Part shown: piece by piece, positions 10,901 to 21,088 of the stretch
How the letters are laid out: each line of letters begins with the position of its first letter
How positions within the stretch are numbered: the stretch's first letter is position 1
IMG/VR virus record: IMGVR_UViG_3300030098_005649
Reading direction: 5' to 3' (one strand)
DNA from: a virus
Lineage: Duplodnaviria > Caudoviricetes
Length of the DNA: 64,000 nucleotides
The notes under the pieces: generated by a model
Told to the model about the DNA's origin: nothing
The model's input: the letters and a program-made list of their open reading frames with translations, nothing else
Databases searched by the model: none
Made by a program: the position numbers and the translations under genes

Positions 10901-11668
10901 TCTGGTACAAGTGGTACGAGTGGTACGAGTGGAACAAGTGGTAGTAGTGGTTCAAGCGGAGTAAGTGGTTCTTCAGGTACGAGTGGTACAAGTGGAACAT
11001 CTGGCACAAGTGGTTCAAGTGGTTCGAGTGGAACATCTGGTACAAGTGGAACAAGTGGGTCAAGTGGAACATCTGGTTCAAGTGGGTCAAGTGGAACAAG
11101 TGGTGTAATATCAATTGCATCAGATGGTGAGAATAGAGTATTGACATCGGATGGAGATGGTACTGCAACTGCAGAAGCTTCATTGACATTTGATGGTAGT
11201 ATTTTAGACTTGAATGGTGTGTTTATACCAAGAACTGATGATTCTTCTATGACACTTGGTACGGCTGAAAAGAGATGGGGTGATGTATTTGCTACACAAA
11301 CTACTACTGGTGGTATTTTTGAAACTAACTTACGAACAGAAGGAATTGGTAAATTACCAACAGGAACTATATTGGTATGGGATGGTAAAAAATTAATTCC
11401 TTGTGAAAAGAATTTTGATACTCTTGTAATGGGAGTTAGTAAACAAGGTAAAGATGAACCAATTATACTTGGTGCTGAACCTATATTGGTTACTGGAAAA
11501 GTAAATGTTGGTGATTGGATTGTCACATCAGATGTAATTGGGCATGGTAAATCTGTAGAAAATCAATATTTATCTAATGTACAGATGTTTGGTTCTGTAA
11601 TCGCTCAATCACTTGAGAGTGGTGAGGGTGAAAGTTTTTCAATACTAGCAATGATTAGGAAAGTGTAG
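4919..11668 (+). CDS. Giant fibre protein 1 (Gly-X-Ser repeats, 59-aa repeats, C-terminal intramolecular-chaperone-like domain)
   Basis: 2249-aa ORF with two long (GTS/GSS)n tracts and about five 59-aa repeats. The C-terminus ILVTGKVNVGDWIVTSDVIGHG...VIAQSLE resembles the Peptidase_G2-type chaperone domain of trimeric phage fibres. Confidence 0.75.
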   Translation: MAKLDSKQLLPLLTGSFELSGSLQLSSDSSITGSISGSFKGEGDNLTFGPAKQPFSDISESLGDRLDTIEGDSPQQLGENNSPTFAGLSITNGLTVGGDITAESFIVSSSVTHMTQSFSSGSTVFGDTLDDTHEFTGSLIFTGSMVIPVVDTFPTSSADKPFKSGSIFYFDEGTGGTPSRPSKQVYVYSGASSDGFNAISTSGTSGTSGTAGTSGTSGSSGTSGSSGTSGTNGTSGSSGSSGTSGTSGTSGSSGTSGSSGTSGSSGSSGTSGDSGSSGTSGTSGSSGTSGTSGSSGSSGTSGSSGTSGTSGSSGSSGTSGIDGSSGTSGTSGSSGTSGTSGTSGSSGSSGTSGTSGSSGSSGTSGIDGSSGTSGSSGTSGTSGTSGSSGSSGTSGSSGSSGTSGSSGSSGTSGTSGSSGTSGVDGTSGTSGTSGSSGSSGTAGSSGSSGTSGSSGSSGTSGSSGSSGTSGIDGSSGTSGSSGTSGTSGSSGTSGSSGTSGTSGSSGSSGTSGSSGSSGTSGSSGTSGIDGSSGTSGTSGSSGSSGTSGSSGSSGTSGTSGTSGSSGTSGTSGSSGTSGEDGSSGTSGSSGTSGTNGTSGTSGSSGSSGTSGSSGSSGTSGTSGTSGSSGSSGTSGIDGGDGSSGTSGSSGSSGTAGSSGSSGTSGSSGSSGTSGTSGTSGTSGTSGTSGSSGSSGTSGSSGTSGSSGTSGSDGNFGGAAFEFDFNTATSDSDPGAGKLALNNATQNNATEMYIDDTDVNGTDIQTYLRTIDDSTSTIKGHVRITNKTDSSQFILFTISASSEETGYHKVTISAVDSSAAAPFSNTEDVIATFARTGDKGDSGSSGTSGTSGTSGSSGSSGTSGSSGSSGTSGVIQLASEGENRIITSDGDGTGTAEANLTFDGANLRLTGSLFITGSSMGVDTHGSVSGSAQSTGSFGKIELYNDIHLNVGEFAVSGSSTSTGSFGRIQASNIAGNSDINILDDVNFNNVTLTNLDADSGNIGGWTINSDKLAKTGQFELSPDATYVVSSSNFKVDAEGNVTASSILLTDDITATLGFFEDKLLVGGTIEEPSVYVSSSGEISASHFRIDTEGAVTASRILIAQDVKADSVHANFGFFEDRMLVGGSVDAPNVYISSSGEISASFFRVDQFGAVTASRMLIGNDVQADSVHANLGFFGDRLLVGGTEAEPNVYISSSGEISASFFRVDQHGAVTASRMLIGNDVQADSVHATLGFFGDRLLVGGTEAEPNVYVSSSGEISASFFRVDQHGAVTASRMLIGNDVQADSVHATLGFFGDKLLVGGTEAEPNVYISSSGEISASFFRVDQHGAVTASRMLIGSDVQADSVHANFGFFGDTLKVGGTEAIPNFIISSSGFVSASNFQVSPAGEMTASAGDIAGWKIEDGSISKGTVALNSSLPGLEIDNEFGDTVVKVASASLSNEAAGTDLFINGGIEIIDTGANSNAGTPPFGGQNIGTISAPNSLVSWSIELGARVSSSITRRNQYGSVGQSANEGNNTLDIFVPSGSYVLGETHNYIISSSITGSFSEGKTIYTSFNTRMSHSLQGAGTNRTVPDQFVSLWYESASAYYMFGPSGSVDGSSPVGKSFLPGKNFSQINLNAELPKDTTNILVKVSGSLNPTSDLGNDGTPYTELQFDSFVLKQVEAKIELMPDGLLIFASPSSFIKLTRDGLEINGASITAESLTANTVTATGGLVSDGATSTASDPDAGTSGTSGTSGSSGTSGTSGTSGTSGSSGSSGTSGSSGSSGTSGSSGTSGTSGSSGSSGTSGSSGSSGTSGTSGTSGSSGTSGSSGTSGSSGSSGTSGTSGTSGSSGTSGTSGTSGSSGSSGTSGSSGSSGTSGTSGTSGTSGTSGSSGTSGDSGSSGTSGSSGTSGSSGSSGTSGSSGSSGVSGSSGTSGTSGTSGTSGSSGSSGTSGSSGSSGTSGSSGTSGSSGTSGTSGSSGSSGVSGSSGTSGSSGTSGSSGSSGTSGSSGTSGTSGTSGTSGTSGSSGSSGVSGSSGTSGTSGTSGTSGSSGSSGTSGTSGTSGSSGTSGSSGSSGTSGVISIASDGENRVLTSDGDGTATAEASLTFDGSILDLNGVFIPRTDDSSMTLGTAEKRWGDVFATQTTTGGIFETNLRTEGIGKLPTGTILVWDGKKLIPCEKNFDTLVMGVSKQGKDEPIILGAEPILVTGKVNVGDWIVTSDVIGHGKSVENQYLSNVQMFGSVIAQSLESGEGESFSILAMIRKV
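5515..7050 (+). repeat. Coding 9-nt-period repeat tract encoding (Gly-Thr/Ser-Ser)n, about 500 aa
   Basis: Tandem degenerate ggWacaagt / ggttcaagt units, with Gly at every third residue. Confidence 0.95.
8086..8990 (+). repeat. About five tandem 177-nt (59-aa) coding repeats
   Basis: GFF(E/G)D(K/R)[49 protein letters not shown] repeats. The ttggtttcttt anchor recurs at about 8086, 8262, 8440, 8616, 8792 and 8970. Confidence 0.9.
10100..11105 (+). repeat. Second (Gly-X-Ser)n coding tract of fibre 1
   Basis: Continuous GTS/GSS/GVS triplets. Confidence 0.95.
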
Positions 11669-14600
11669 ATGGGTAAAATTCATATAGAAGATGGGATTAT
11701 ATCATCATCAGCGGCTATTGTAGTCCAAGTAGAGGGACAAAATGTAGCGACATTCAACAAAGATGGAGACTATCTAAATTTACTTGGTAGTTTACGAGTA
11801 AGTGGGGATGTTATTGCTGAAAATCAAATTGTATCCTCATCTACATCATATTTTACACAGAGTTTTTCAGAGGGTTCAAATATATTTGGAGATACTCTAA
11901 CTGATACTCATAGATTTTCAGGTTCATTGGATGTAACTGGTAGTTTTGTTATACCGATTGTTGCAAATGCAACAACCATTACACCAAAACCTGGTCAAAT
12001 AGCTTTTAGTACACACGACAATAATATATACAGAGGAACACCCACAGGATTTGAGGTTGCTGCAGGTTCAAGTGGAACAAGTGGAACAAGTGGAACGAGT
12101 GGAACTTCTGGTTCTTCAGGCACAAGTGGTTCATCAGGAACAAGTGGTACAAACGGAACAAGTGGTTCTTCAGGTTCAAGTGGAACAAGTGGTAGTAGTG
12201 GTTCAAGTGGAGTAAGTGGTTCTTCAGGTACGAGTGGAACAAGTGGTTCAAGTGGGTCAAGTGGAACAAGTGGAGATAGTGGTTCTTCAGGCACAAGTGG
12301 AAGTTCTGGTACAAGTGGAACATCTGGTTCAAGTGGAACAAGTGGAACATCGGGTTCGAGTGGTTCAAGTGGTACAAGTGGTTCGAGTGGGTCAAGTGGA
12401 ACAAGTGGAGATAGCGGTTCAAGTGGTACGAGTGGTTCTTCTGGTACTTCGGGTACTTCAGGTACAAACGGAACAAGTGGTACAAGTGGAACATCGGGTT
12501 CAAGTGGTTCTTCAGGTACATCTGGCTCAAGTGGTTCAAGTGGTACAAGCGGAGATAGTGGGTCAAGTGGTACGAGTGGAACTTCTGGTTCTTCAGGCAC
12601 AAGTGGTACATCTGGAACAAGTGGTACGAGTGGTTCAAGTGGTAGTAGTGGAACGAGTGGTTCATCAGGTTCTTCGGGTACTGCAGGTACATCTGGTACA
12701 AGTGGTACAAGTGGTTCGAGTGGAACAAGTGGAGTAAGTGGAAGTTCAGGTACAAGTGGTTCAAGTGGCTCAAGTGGAACATCTGGCTCAAGTGGAACAT
12801 CAGGTTCAAGTGGTACTAGCGGAACAAGTGGAACAAGTGGTTCGAGTGGGTCAAGTGGAGTAAGTGGAAGTAGTGGAACATCTGGCTCAAGTGGAACAAG
12901 TGGTACGAGTGGAACGAGTGGTACAAGTGGTTCAAGTGGCTCATCAGGTACGAGTGGAACATCTGGCTCAAGTGGTTCGAGTGGAACAAGTGGAGATAGT
13001 GGTTCTTCAGGCACAAGTGGAAGTTCAGGCACAAGTGGTACTAGCGGTTCAAGTGGTACGAGTGGTAGTAGTGGAACAAGTGGTGCTGATGGTAATTTTG
13101 GTGGAGCAGCTTTCTTCTATACTTTCGAGACAAATACCAATAATGCAAATCCAGGTTCTGGTGATATAAGATTAGACAATGCTACACAGAATGCGGCTAC
13201 AGGTATTTATATTTGTGATACTGATGAGGATGGTAATGACATACAAGCTTTTATGCGTACCATTGATGACTCAACAAGTACGATAAAAGGGCATGTAAAA
13301 ATTTCAAACAAACAAGATAGTTCTCAATTCTTATTATTTACTATCTCAAGTTTATCAGAACTTAGTGGTTATTTTGATATAACTGTAAGTCCTATAGATT
13401 CTTCAGCAGCCGCTCCATTTAGTGCTGGTGAGGAAATCATAATTACATTTGCAAGAACTGGTGATAAAGGTGATAGTGGTTCTTCAGGTACAAGTGGTAC
13501 GAATGGAACAAGTGGAACATCTGGCACAAGTGGTACGAGTGGTAGTAGTGGAACAAGTGGTAGTAGTGGTTCTTCAGGTACATCTGGCTCAAGTGGTACA
13601 AGTGGTACGAGTGGAACATCTGGTACAAGTGGTTCGAGTGGAAGTTCAGGTACGAGTGGTTCAAGTGGAACATCAGGTACAAGTGGAACAAGTGGTACGA
13701 GTGGAACAAGTGGTTCTTCAGGTACTTCTGGTTCAAGTGGGTCAAGTGGAACAAGTGGTTCTTCTGGTTCAAGTGGGACAAGTGGTACATCTGGCTCAAG
13801 TGGTACGAGTGGTACGAGTGGTTCAAGTGGAACAAGTGGTACATCTGGCTCAAGTGGGTCAAGTGGAACAAGTGGAACATCTGGCTCAAGTGGTACAAGT
13901 GGAGTAAGTGGGTCAAGTGGAACATCTGGCTCAAGTGGAACGAGTGGGACAAGTGGAACATCTGGTTCAAGCGGAAGTAGTGGAACAAGTGGACAAACAG
14001 GACCTCAAGGACCTCCAGGTAATAATGGTTCGAGTGGAACATCTGGCTCAAGTGGAACAAGTGGAACAAGTGGTTCATCAGGCTCAAGTGGAACAAGTGG
14101 AACGAGTGGGACAAGTGGAACATCAGGCTCAAGTGGTACAAGTGGAGTAAGTGGTTCAAGTGGGACAAGTGGTTCATCAGGTACGAGTGGTTCAAGTGGA
14201 AGTAGTGGCACAAGTGGAACAAGTGGTACAAGTGGTTCTTCAGGCACGAGTGGTTCAAGTGGTACGAGTGGAGTAAGTGGAAGTTCAGGTACAAGTGGTT
14301 CGAGTGGAACAAGTGGAGTAAGTGGAAGTTCAGGTACAAGTGGAACATCTGGTTCAAGTGGTACGAGTGGGTCAAGTGGAACAAGTGGAGTAAGTGGTTC
14401 AAGTGGAACATCTGGTACAAGTGGAAGTAGTGGTACAAGTGGTACGAGTGGTTCAAGTGGTACAAGTGGTTCAAGTGGTAACTTTGGTGGTGCTTCTTTT
14501 CAATATACTTTCTCTACCACAACAACAAATAGTGATCCAGGTAATGGTACTTTACGATTAGATAATGGTACACAAAGTTCTGCAACAGGAATTTACATTG

Positions 14601-17600
14601 ATGATAATGATGCAAATAGTCTTGATATACAGGCATTCTTGAGAACAATTGATGATTCCACAAGTACAATAAAAGGGCATGTAAAGATTTCAAAAAGGTT
14701 TGATTCTTCAAAATTTTTATTATTCACAATAAGTTCATTATCAGAAAATAGTGGTTACTTTGATATTACCGTATCGAACATAGGTTCATCTGCTGCAAAT
14801 CCATTTAGTAATTCAAATTCTGTGGTTGTCACATTCGCAAGAACTGGTGATATTGGTGCACAAGGCCCAAGTGGTTCAAGTGGTACAAGTGGGTCAAGTG
14901 GTACGAGTGGAGTAAGTGGTAGTAGTGGTACAAGTGGAGTAAGTGGTAGTAGTGGTACAAGTGGAGTAAGTGGTTCGAGTGGAACAAGTGGAATCTCAGT
15001 ACAAGGACCTCCAGGTGCAAATGGCTCAAGTGGAACAAGTGGTTCAAGTGGGTCATCTGGCTCAAGTGGAACAAGCGGAGTAAGTGGTTCGAGTGGAACA
15101 AGTGGTAATAGTGGTTCAAGTGGAACAAGTGGTTCGAGTGGAACAAGTGGTAATAGCGGTTCATCTGGTACGAGTGGTAATAGTGGTTCAAGTGGAACAA
15201 GTGGTTCAAGTGGTACGAGTGGTAATAGTGGTTCATCTGGTACGAGTGGTAATAGTGGTTCAAGTGGAACAAGTGGTTCGAGTGGAACAAGTGGAGTTAT
15301 TAATATATCAAACTCAGGAAATAACAGAGTATTAACTGATATAAATGGTTCTTCTGCTAACGCTGAGTCTAACTTCACATTCGATGGTAGTACTGTAGCA
15401 GTTACAGGTGACTTGACTGTTAGTGGACAGATTGGTGGAAACTTTACTCCAGCAGAAACTGGTGAGGGATTGATTATATCTTCAAGTAATTTCAAAGTAT
15501 CTGCAACTGGTACTGTTACTGCATCAAATATGGACTTGAGTGGTGGATTGACTGCAGATGGTGTTAGTGCAAACTTTGGATTTTTCAACGACCAATTATC
15601 AGTTGGTGGTACAAGTGATAGACCTAATTTATATATAAGTTCGAGTGGTGAGATAAGTACTTCTTTCTTTAGAGTATCTCCTGCTGGTGATGTAACCGCC
15701 TCAAATATTTTATTGACTGCAGGAGTTGATGCAGAAACAGTTACGGCTAATATGGGATTCTTTGGAGAATCATTAGAGGTTGGTGGATATAAAAATAATC
15801 CACGAATAAAGATTGGTAAGATTGGTTCAGCTGGTACTACTGGTTCGTGGGGTATAGTTGGGTATGATGCATCATTACAAGATGGTGGAACAGAAGTTTT
15901 CAAAATAGGTGAAGATGGAAATACAATTTCTGGTTGGCAAATAAAGGAAGATAGATTACATAGATTCACCAGTACTCTAGCTGGTCAATCAGTAGATTAT
16001 TATGATGGTGTTTCAAGTGCCTTAAAAACTATATCAAGGATGAAATTGGATGCTGGTTATCAAGATAAGAGTGGAATACTAATTTCAGATGTTGATGCAG
16101 TTGGAACTGCAGTATCAGTTGCGGCTATATCGATGTCTACCTTTGCCGATCCTGGTGTATTGACAAATGCAGAAATGAATATGGTTAGTATGCCAGATGG
16201 TAAGTTAGACCCAACATCAATAGCTTTTAGAAAGATGTCAGCTCTATCTAATACACCTGGTAAAGGAATGCCAGCAACCGACACATTCTTTTTGAATGGT
16301 GCAAATAATGGTAATAAATTTTTAGCTGGAAGTAACTATCGACTACGAGATACGATGAGACTTGTATCACAATCAATCACACAGGCCGAAATAAATACTG
16401 TGATTGATGATGCATCTGGTTCAATGTTCTCAATAGGTACTGGTTCATTTTCATCATTGGGTGGATTCAAAAGAGTATCACAATCTTATGCTGCAGGGTC
16501 ACCCACAAGAGGAGCTATGTGGCATCTAATACCAAATGATGGAACAGCAAATAGACCTGGTGCTATGAGATTTTTTATGGGTACAAGTTTAGGTTCGTCT
16601 TTCATATCAATGGAAGAACCTAATAGTATAGTCAGGTCAGTACTCGACTCTAACTTTCATATTATGGGTCTGAATACCTTACAATTACCACAATTCGCAC
16701 CAAAAGGGCCACAGGTAAGAAGTGGTGTGATATGGTTTGATGCATCAAATAATTCTTTAAAAGTATACGAGGGTACAACTGGTACTTTTCACGAATTCAC
16801 AACAGGTGGTGGACCACCAGGACCACAAGGACCTGGAGGACCTCCTGGACCACAAGGACCTCCTGGGCCTCAAGGGCCTGCAGGACCAACAGGACCTTCT
16901 GGACCAGACGGAGCAGATGGGCCTGCAGGACCTCAAGGGCCAGCGGGGCCAGCTGGTTCAATCTCAGTTAGTGGTGATGCAGACACGAGATTAATAACAA
17001 TGGATGGAGATGGTACGGCAACTGCACACTCAACTCTAACCTATGATGATTCAACAGAAATATTCAAATTCAACTCCATCAATCAAATAACTGCAAGTTT
17101 TGATGGTACAGGAAATCCTCACGGAATGATGATGACCACTACAAGTGGTGCTGGTGGAGGACCATATCTAACTCTACAGAGTGGTGGTGGTATTCCTAAA
17201 CTTCTACTAAAGGCTGATACTGATAGTAAGTATGCAATGATTGGGTTCTATGATTTAGATGATAGAGATACCGAACAGGCAACTCTCCAATTGGAAAGAA
17301 ATTCAAATAGATATACTGGAGCCACACAAAATGACTTTGTTATCAATACTGCAGCAAATAATAATTTATTATTTGCATATGATAGTGCTGTAGAGGCTGG
17401 ATTTTCAAAAGGTAAATTTGCAGCATTTCAATTATATCCTACATTTCATAATTACAATTATGGATATACTGCAGGTACAAAAGTTTTTGTACCTTGGAAT
17501 AGTTTGAGTGAAATAACTTCGATTAGTTATTATCACAAACAGGCACCAGGAGTTGCAGGACAATTACATAAGGCAGTGATAAGGTCAGAATCTTCACCAG

Positions 17601-17839
17601 GTAATACTGTGGTTGGATATCACGAGGCAGGTGATAATTTTGCAAATCCAAGTACAACTGCAACAGAAAGTGAAACTATACTTGGTATGACCGCTAATAA
17701 TAATGGGTTTGCAACATTTTCAACAACATCTACATTCACAAATACTGATACTATTGCTGTTAGTATAGACCCAACAAGTGACCAAAACGACACGATAGTA
17801 ACATTGTGGTGGTATTTAGATGCATATAGTTTACAATAA
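11669..17839 (+). CDS. Giant fibre protein 2 (Gly-X-Ser and collagen repeats)
   Basis: 2056 aa. The N-terminal domain is paralogous to fibre 1 (TQSFS.GS.IFGDTL.DTH.F.GSL). It has three GXS tracts, two copies of a 115-aa spacer domain and a GPP/GPQ collagen segment. Confidence 0.75.
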   Translation: MGKIHIEDGIISSSAAIVVQVEGQNVATFNKDGDYLNLLGSLRVSGDVIAENQIVSSSTSYFTQSFSEGSNIFGDTLTDTHRFSGSLDVTGSFVIPIVANATTITPKPGQIAFSTHDNNIYRGTPTGFEVAAGSSGTSGTSGTSGTSGSSGTSGSSGTSGTNGTSGSSGSSGTSGSSGSSGVSGSSGTSGTSGSSGSSGTSGDSGSSGTSGSSGTSGTSGSSGTSGTSGSSGSSGTSGSSGSSGTSGDSGSSGTSGSSGTSGTSGTNGTSGTSGTSGSSGSSGTSGSSGSSGTSGDSGSSGTSGTSGSSGTSGTSGTSGTSGSSGSSGTSGSSGSSGTAGTSGTSGTSGSSGTSGVSGSSGTSGSSGSSGTSGSSGTSGSSGTSGTSGTSGSSGSSGVSGSSGTSGSSGTSGTSGTSGTSGSSGSSGTSGTSGSSGSSGTSGDSGSSGTSGSSGTSGTSGSSGTSGSSGTSGADGNFGGAAFFYTFETNTNNANPGSGDIRLDNATQNAATGIYICDTDEDGNDIQAFMRTIDDSTSTIKGHVKISNKQDSSQFLLFTISSLSELSGYFDITVSPIDSSAAAPFSAGEEIIITFARTGDKGDSGSSGTSGTNGTSGTSGTSGTSGSSGTSGSSGSSGTSGSSGTSGTSGTSGTSGSSGSSGTSGSSGTSGTSGTSGTSGTSGSSGTSGSSGSSGTSGSSGSSGTSGTSGSSGTSGTSGSSGTSGTSGSSGSSGTSGTSGSSGTSGVSGSSGTSGSSGTSGTSGTSGSSGSSGTSGQTGPQGPPGNNGSSGTSGSSGTSGTSGSSGSSGTSGTSGTSGTSGSSGTSGVSGSSGTSGSSGTSGSSGSSGTSGTSGTSGSSGTSGSSGTSGVSGSSGTSGSSGTSGVSGSSGTSGTSGSSGTSGSSGTSGVSGSSGTSGTSGSSGTSGTSGSSGTSGSSGNFGGASFQYTFSTTTTNSDPGNGTLRLDNGTQSSATGIYIDDNDANSLDIQAFLRTIDDSTSTIKGHVKISKRFDSSKFLLFTISSLSENSGYFDITVSNIGSSAANPFSNSNSVVVTFARTGDIGAQGPSGSSGTSGSSGTSGVSGSSGTSGVSGSSGTSGVSGSSGTSGISVQGPPGANGSSGTSGSSGSSGSSGTSGVSGSSGTSGNSGSSGTSGSSGTSGNSGSSGTSGNSGSSGTSGSSGTSGNSGSSGTSGNSGSSGTSGSSGTSGVINISNSGNNRVLTDINGSSANAESNFTFDGSTVAVTGDLTVSGQIGGNFTPAETGEGLIISSSNFKVSATGTVTASNMDLSGGLTADGVSANFGFFNDQLSVGGTSDRPNLYISSSGEISTSFFRVSPAGDVTASNILLTAGVDAETVTANMGFFGESLEVGGYKNNPRIKIGKIGSAGTTGSWGIVGYDASLQDGGTEVFKIGEDGNTISGWQIKEDRLHRFTSTLAGQSVDYYDGVSSALKTISRMKLDAGYQDKSGILISDVDAVGTAVSVAAISMSTFADPGVLTNAEMNMVSMPDGKLDPTSIAFRKMSALSNTPGKGMPATDTFFLNGANNGNKFLAGSNYRLRDTMRLVSQSITQAEINTVIDDASGSMFSIGTGSFSSLGGFKRVSQSYAAGSPTRGAMWHLIPNDGTANRPGAMRFFMGTSLGSSFISMEEPNSIVRSVLDSNFHIMGLNTLQLPQFAPKGPQVRSGVIWFDASNNSLKVYEGTTGTFHEFTTGGGPPGPQGPGGPPGPQGPPGPQGPAGPTGPSGPDGADGPAGPQGPAGPAGSISVSGDADTRLITMDGDGTATAHSTLTYDDSTEIFKFNSINQITASFDGTGNPHGMMMTTTSGAGGGPYLTLQSGGGIPKLLLKADTDSKYAMIGFYDLDDRDTEQATLQLERNSNRYTGATQNDFVINTAANNNLLFAYDSAVEAGFSKGKFAAFQLYPTFHNYNYGYTAGTKVFVPWNSLSEITSISYYHKQAPGVAGQLHKAVIRSESSPGNTVVGYHEAGDNFANPSTTATESETILGMTANNNGFATFSTTSTFTNTDTIAVSIDPTSDQNDTIVTLWWYLDAYSLQ
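12062..15295 (+). repeat. Three (Gly-X-Ser)n coding tracts of fibre 2, separated by two globular spacer domains
   Basis: Tracts at about 12062-13085, 13470-14480 and 14868-15295. Confidence 0.9.
16810..16955 (+). repeat. Canonical collagen Gly-Pro-X segment
   Basis: [49 protein letters not shown]. Confidence 0.9.
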
Positions 17840-17869
17840 AATGATATTTATTAGAAATTGGAAACATAA

Positions 17870-20644
17870 ATGGCAATAACAAGAAAAGCACGAAAACGGA
17901 TATTCAAATTAGCAGAAACTTCTGATCAAAAAACGAAGATATCTTCTGCGAGAAGTCGAGGTGATGTAGCTTCCGATAAAGGTGTAACTTATGACCAAAC
18001 AGATTTGGCCTTTTATGTTACCGAAAGTGTACATAATGCTGCATCCGAATCTGTTGCAAAAGGTCGTTGGTTGGAAGATGATGGTTTTTCAGATTTCGTA
18101 GGTCCTATAGCATTTCTGATTGATGAGATGCAACAAGATTTAGATGCAATAGACACATATGTACAAGGTACAAATTTTTCAAGTGGTACGAGTGGAACAA
18201 GTGGAACATCTGGTACGAGTGGTACGAGTGGAACATCTGGTTCAAGCGGAACAAGTGGAAGTAGTGGAACAAGTGGAACGAGTGGTTCGAGTGGCACAAG
18301 TGGTACAAGTGGACAAGATGGTAGAGGTGGAAATGCTGGTTCAAGTGGTACAAGTGGAAGTAGTGGAACAAGTGGAACGAGTGGTTCGAGTGGTACAAGT
18401 GGTAATAGCGGTTCAAGTGGTACGAGTGGAGTAAGTGGGTCAAGTGGTACAAGTGGTACAAGTGGAAGTAGTGGTACAAGTGGTACAAGTGGAACATCTG
18501 GTACAAGTGGACAAGATGGTAACTTTGGTGGAGCAACATTTAGATATAGATTTAGTACTTCTACAACTACAAGTGATCCTGGTTCTGGTATAATAAGACT
18601 AAATAATTCTACACAAAGTTCTGCAACTCGTATGATTATCGATGATGCGGATAGTAATTCAGAAGACATACAAACATATCTAAGAACAATAGATGACTCT
18701 ACATCAACCATAAAAGGACATTTTAGAATTTCAAATCTTACAGATTCATCACAATTTATTTTGATGACAATTACTCGTATTTCCGAAGAGAGTGGTTACT
18801 TTACAGTTGATGGTGGAGTAGTTGCTAATTCTGATAGTTCACCATTTAGTAATGGTGAGTTTGTTATAGTTACATTCGCAAGAACTGGTGATAAAGGTGA
18901 TAGTGGTTCGAGTGGAACAAGTGGAACTTCAGGCACAAGTGGAACATCTGGCTCAAGTGGAACAAGTGGGGTAAGTGGAAGTTCAGGCACAAGTGGAACA
19001 TCTGGCTCAAGTGGAACAAGTGGTTCGAGTGGTACGAGTGGAGTAAGTGGAAGTAGTGGTACGAGTGGTAGAGATGGTGGTACAGGACCACCAGGACCAC
19101 AAGGCCCTCAAGGACTTCAAGGTGACCAAGGACCTCAAGGTGCTGCTGGTGTTAATGGTTCGAGTGGAACAAGTGGAACTTCAGGTACAAGTGGTACAAG
19201 TGGTTCAAGTGGAAGTAGTGGAACAAGTGGAAGAACTGGACCTCAAGGTGATAGAGGAGCTACAGGACTTCAAGGTCCACAAGGTGGAACAGGTGCACAA
19301 GGCCCAAGTGGTTCAAGTGGAACAAGTGGAACATCTGGTACAAGTGGTACGAGTGGTTCAAGTGGAACAAGTGGCACAAGTGGTTCAAGTGGTTCTTCAG
19401 GAACAAGTGGTGTTGATGGTAGACAAGGTGATAGAGGAGCTACAGGTCCTCAAGGCCCTCAAGGTGCACAAGGTGGACAAGGCCCAAGTGGTTCAAGTGG
19501 TACAAGTGGTACGAGTGGGACTTCGGGTACAAGTGGTACGAGTGGTTCAAGTGGTTCAAGTGGTACAAGTGGAAGAACAGGACCACAAGGCCCACAAGGT
19601 GATAGAGGAGTTACAGGACTTCAAGGTGGAACAGGTGCACAAGGCCCAAGTGGTTCAAGTGGTACGAGTGGAACAAGTGGGACAAGTGGAAGTAGTGGAA
19701 CAAGTGGAGTTTCGGTACAAGGTCCTCCAGGCCCACAAGGCCCACAAGGTGGTAGAGGAGCTGATGGTTCAAGTGGAACAAGTGGAAGAAGTATTACAGG
19801 ACCTCAAGGAGCTCAAGGACCTCAAGGTGCACAAGGTGATGTAGGCCCACAAGGACCTCCAGGTGCAAATGGAAGTAGTGGAACGAGTGGAAGTAGTGGT
19901 ACAAGTGGTACAAGTGGTGCTGATGGTAGACACGGTTCTGATGGTAGAGATGGTAATAGTGGTTCAAGTGGTACGAGTGGAGTCTCGGTACAAGGCCCTC
20001 CAGGACCTCCAGGTGCAAGTGGTTCGAGTGGAACAAGTGGAGTTTCCGTACAAGGCCCTCCAGGCCCTCAAGGACCTCCAGGACCACAAGGTGCAAGTGG
20101 AAGTAGTGGAACAAGTGGAGTTTCGGTACAAGGCCCTCCAGGTGGAACAGGCCCACAAGGACCTGCAGGACCTCCAGGCCCACAAGGACCAACTGGTGCA
20201 AGTGGTTCGAGTGGTACGAGTGGAGTCTCAGTACAAGGCCCTCCAGGCCCTCAAGGACCTCCAGGACCTACTGGTGGAAGTGGTTCGAGTGGAACGAGTG
20301 GAAGAAGTATTACAGGACCTCCAGGACCTCCAGGACCTCAAGGTGGACAAGGTGCAACTGGTGCAAGTGGTTCGAGTGGAACAAGTGGAGTCTCAGTACA
20401 AGGGCCTCCAGGACCTCCAGGACCTGCAGGACCTCAAGGTGGACAAGGTGCACAAGGGGGAACAGGACCAACAGGACCTTCTGGACCAGACGGACCAGAC
20501 GGGCCTCCAGGACCACCAGGACCTCCAGGACCTCAAGGCCCAGCTGGTAGTGGTAGTTTGAGTACAAGTCAAAGATTTTTACAAGATAGTAGGACAACAA
20601 AAACTATGACAATATCTAATGGTATTATAACGAGAATTGCATAA
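17870..20644 (+). CDS. Collagen-like fibre protein 3 (interleaved Gly-X-Ser and Gly-Pro-X)
   Basis: 924 aa with one copy of the 115-aa spacer domain. A long Gly-X-Y region (about 18895-20545) mixes GTS/GSS blocks with GPQ/GPP blocks. Confidence 0.75.
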   Translation: MAITRKARKRIFKLAETSDQKTKISSARSRGDVASDKGVTYDQTDLAFYVTESVHNAASESVAKGRWLEDDGFSDFVGPIAFLIDEMQQDLDAIDTYVQGTNFSSGTSGTSGTSGTSGTSGTSGSSGTSGSSGTSGTSGSSGTSGTSGQDGRGGNAGSSGTSGSSGTSGTSGSSGTSGNSGSSGTSGVSGSSGTSGTSGSSGTSGTSGTSGTSGQDGNFGGATFRYRFSTSTTTSDPGSGIIRLNNSTQSSATRMIIDDADSNSEDIQTYLRTIDDSTSTIKGHFRISNLTDSSQFILMTITRISEESGYFTVDGGVVANSDSSPFSNGEFVIVTFARTGDKGDSGSSGTSGTSGTSGTSGSSGTSGVSGSSGTSGTSGSSGTSGSSGTSGVSGSSGTSGRDGGTGPPGPQGPQGLQGDQGPQGAAGVNGSSGTSGTSGTSGTSGSSGSSGTSGRTGPQGDRGATGLQGPQGGTGAQGPSGSSGTSGTSGTSGTSGSSGTSGTSGSSGSSGTSGVDGRQGDRGATGPQGPQGAQGGQGPSGSSGTSGTSGTSGTSGTSGSSGSSGTSGRTGPQGPQGDRGVTGLQGGTGAQGPSGSSGTSGTSGTSGSSGTSGVSVQGPPGPQGPQGGRGADGSSGTSGRSITGPQGAQGPQGAQGDVGPQGPPGANGSSGTSGSSGTSGTSGADGRHGSDGRDGNSGSSGTSGVSVQGPPGPPGASGSSGTSGVSVQGPPGPQGPPGPQGASGSSGTSGVSVQGPPGGTGPQGPAGPPGPQGPTGASGSSGTSGVSVQGPPGPQGPPGPTGGSGSSGTSGRSITGPPGPPGPQGGQGATGASGSSGTSGVSVQGPPGPPGPAGPQGGQGAQGGTGPTGPSGPDGPDGPPGPPGPPGPQGPAGSGSLSTSQRFLQDSRTTKTMTISNGIITRIA

Positions 20645-20702
20645 AAAATACTATTTACAGAAGTTTTAAAACTATTTATATAAGATAATTTAGGAGTTAT
20701 AA

Positions 20703-20999
20703 ATGAGTGATATAAAATTCACGGAAGAAGAAGTAAGTAAACTAAATCAATTAAAAACAGACTATGTAGAGTGTACAAATAGACTTGGTGAGATTGAAGT
20801 TCAGAAATTACTGAACTCTCAACGACAAGCTGCACTTAGTCAAGCTCATTCTGATATGATAAAGAAGTTTGAAGAAACTCAAAAAGAAGAAGTAGAATTG
20901 ACTAATAAGATAACCGAGAAATATGGACCAGGTACATTAGACCCAAACACAGGTGTTTTTACACCGAGTGAAAGTGATACTCAAGGAGAGAGTAAATAA
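20703..20999 (+). CDS. Small acidic coiled-coil hypothetical protein
   Basis: 98 aa with SD AGGAG and a heptad-like helical composition. Confidence 0.65.
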   Translation: MSDIKFTEEEVSKLNQLKTDYVECTNRLGEIEVQKLLNSQRQAALSQAHSDMIKKFEETQKEEVELTNKITEKYGPGTLDPNTGVFTPSESDTQGESK

Positions 21000-21088
21000 A
21001 TTTCGTACAGAAAGTGATTTTGGGAATTTTATTTGATATTTACTTATATAAAAATTTAACAACAACTATAACCAATTGGGAGAATTAA

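Noticed and set aside
11666-11671. In-frame TAG-ATG junction that would fuse fibres 1 and 2 by readthrough
   Set aside because: Fibre 2 has its own AGGA SD and a paralogous N-terminal domain, and fibre 1 ends in a chaperone-like terminal domain. Abutting in-frame stop-start junctions also occur at 38799/38800, 56841/56842 and 60153/60154.
5515-20545. Repeat tracts as a CRISPR array or non-coding satellite
   Set aside because: The repeats are degenerate at synonymous positions, stay in frame within long ORFs, and lack a constant-repeat/unique-spacer structure.
5427-20600. Many long alternative-frame and reverse-strand ORFs (PLVPLEP..., HLFHLNH..., VQVEQV...) in the ORF track
   Set aside because: They are shadows of the 9-nt GXS and collagen repeats, whose other frames lack stop codons. 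They have no RBS and are confined to the repeat tracts.
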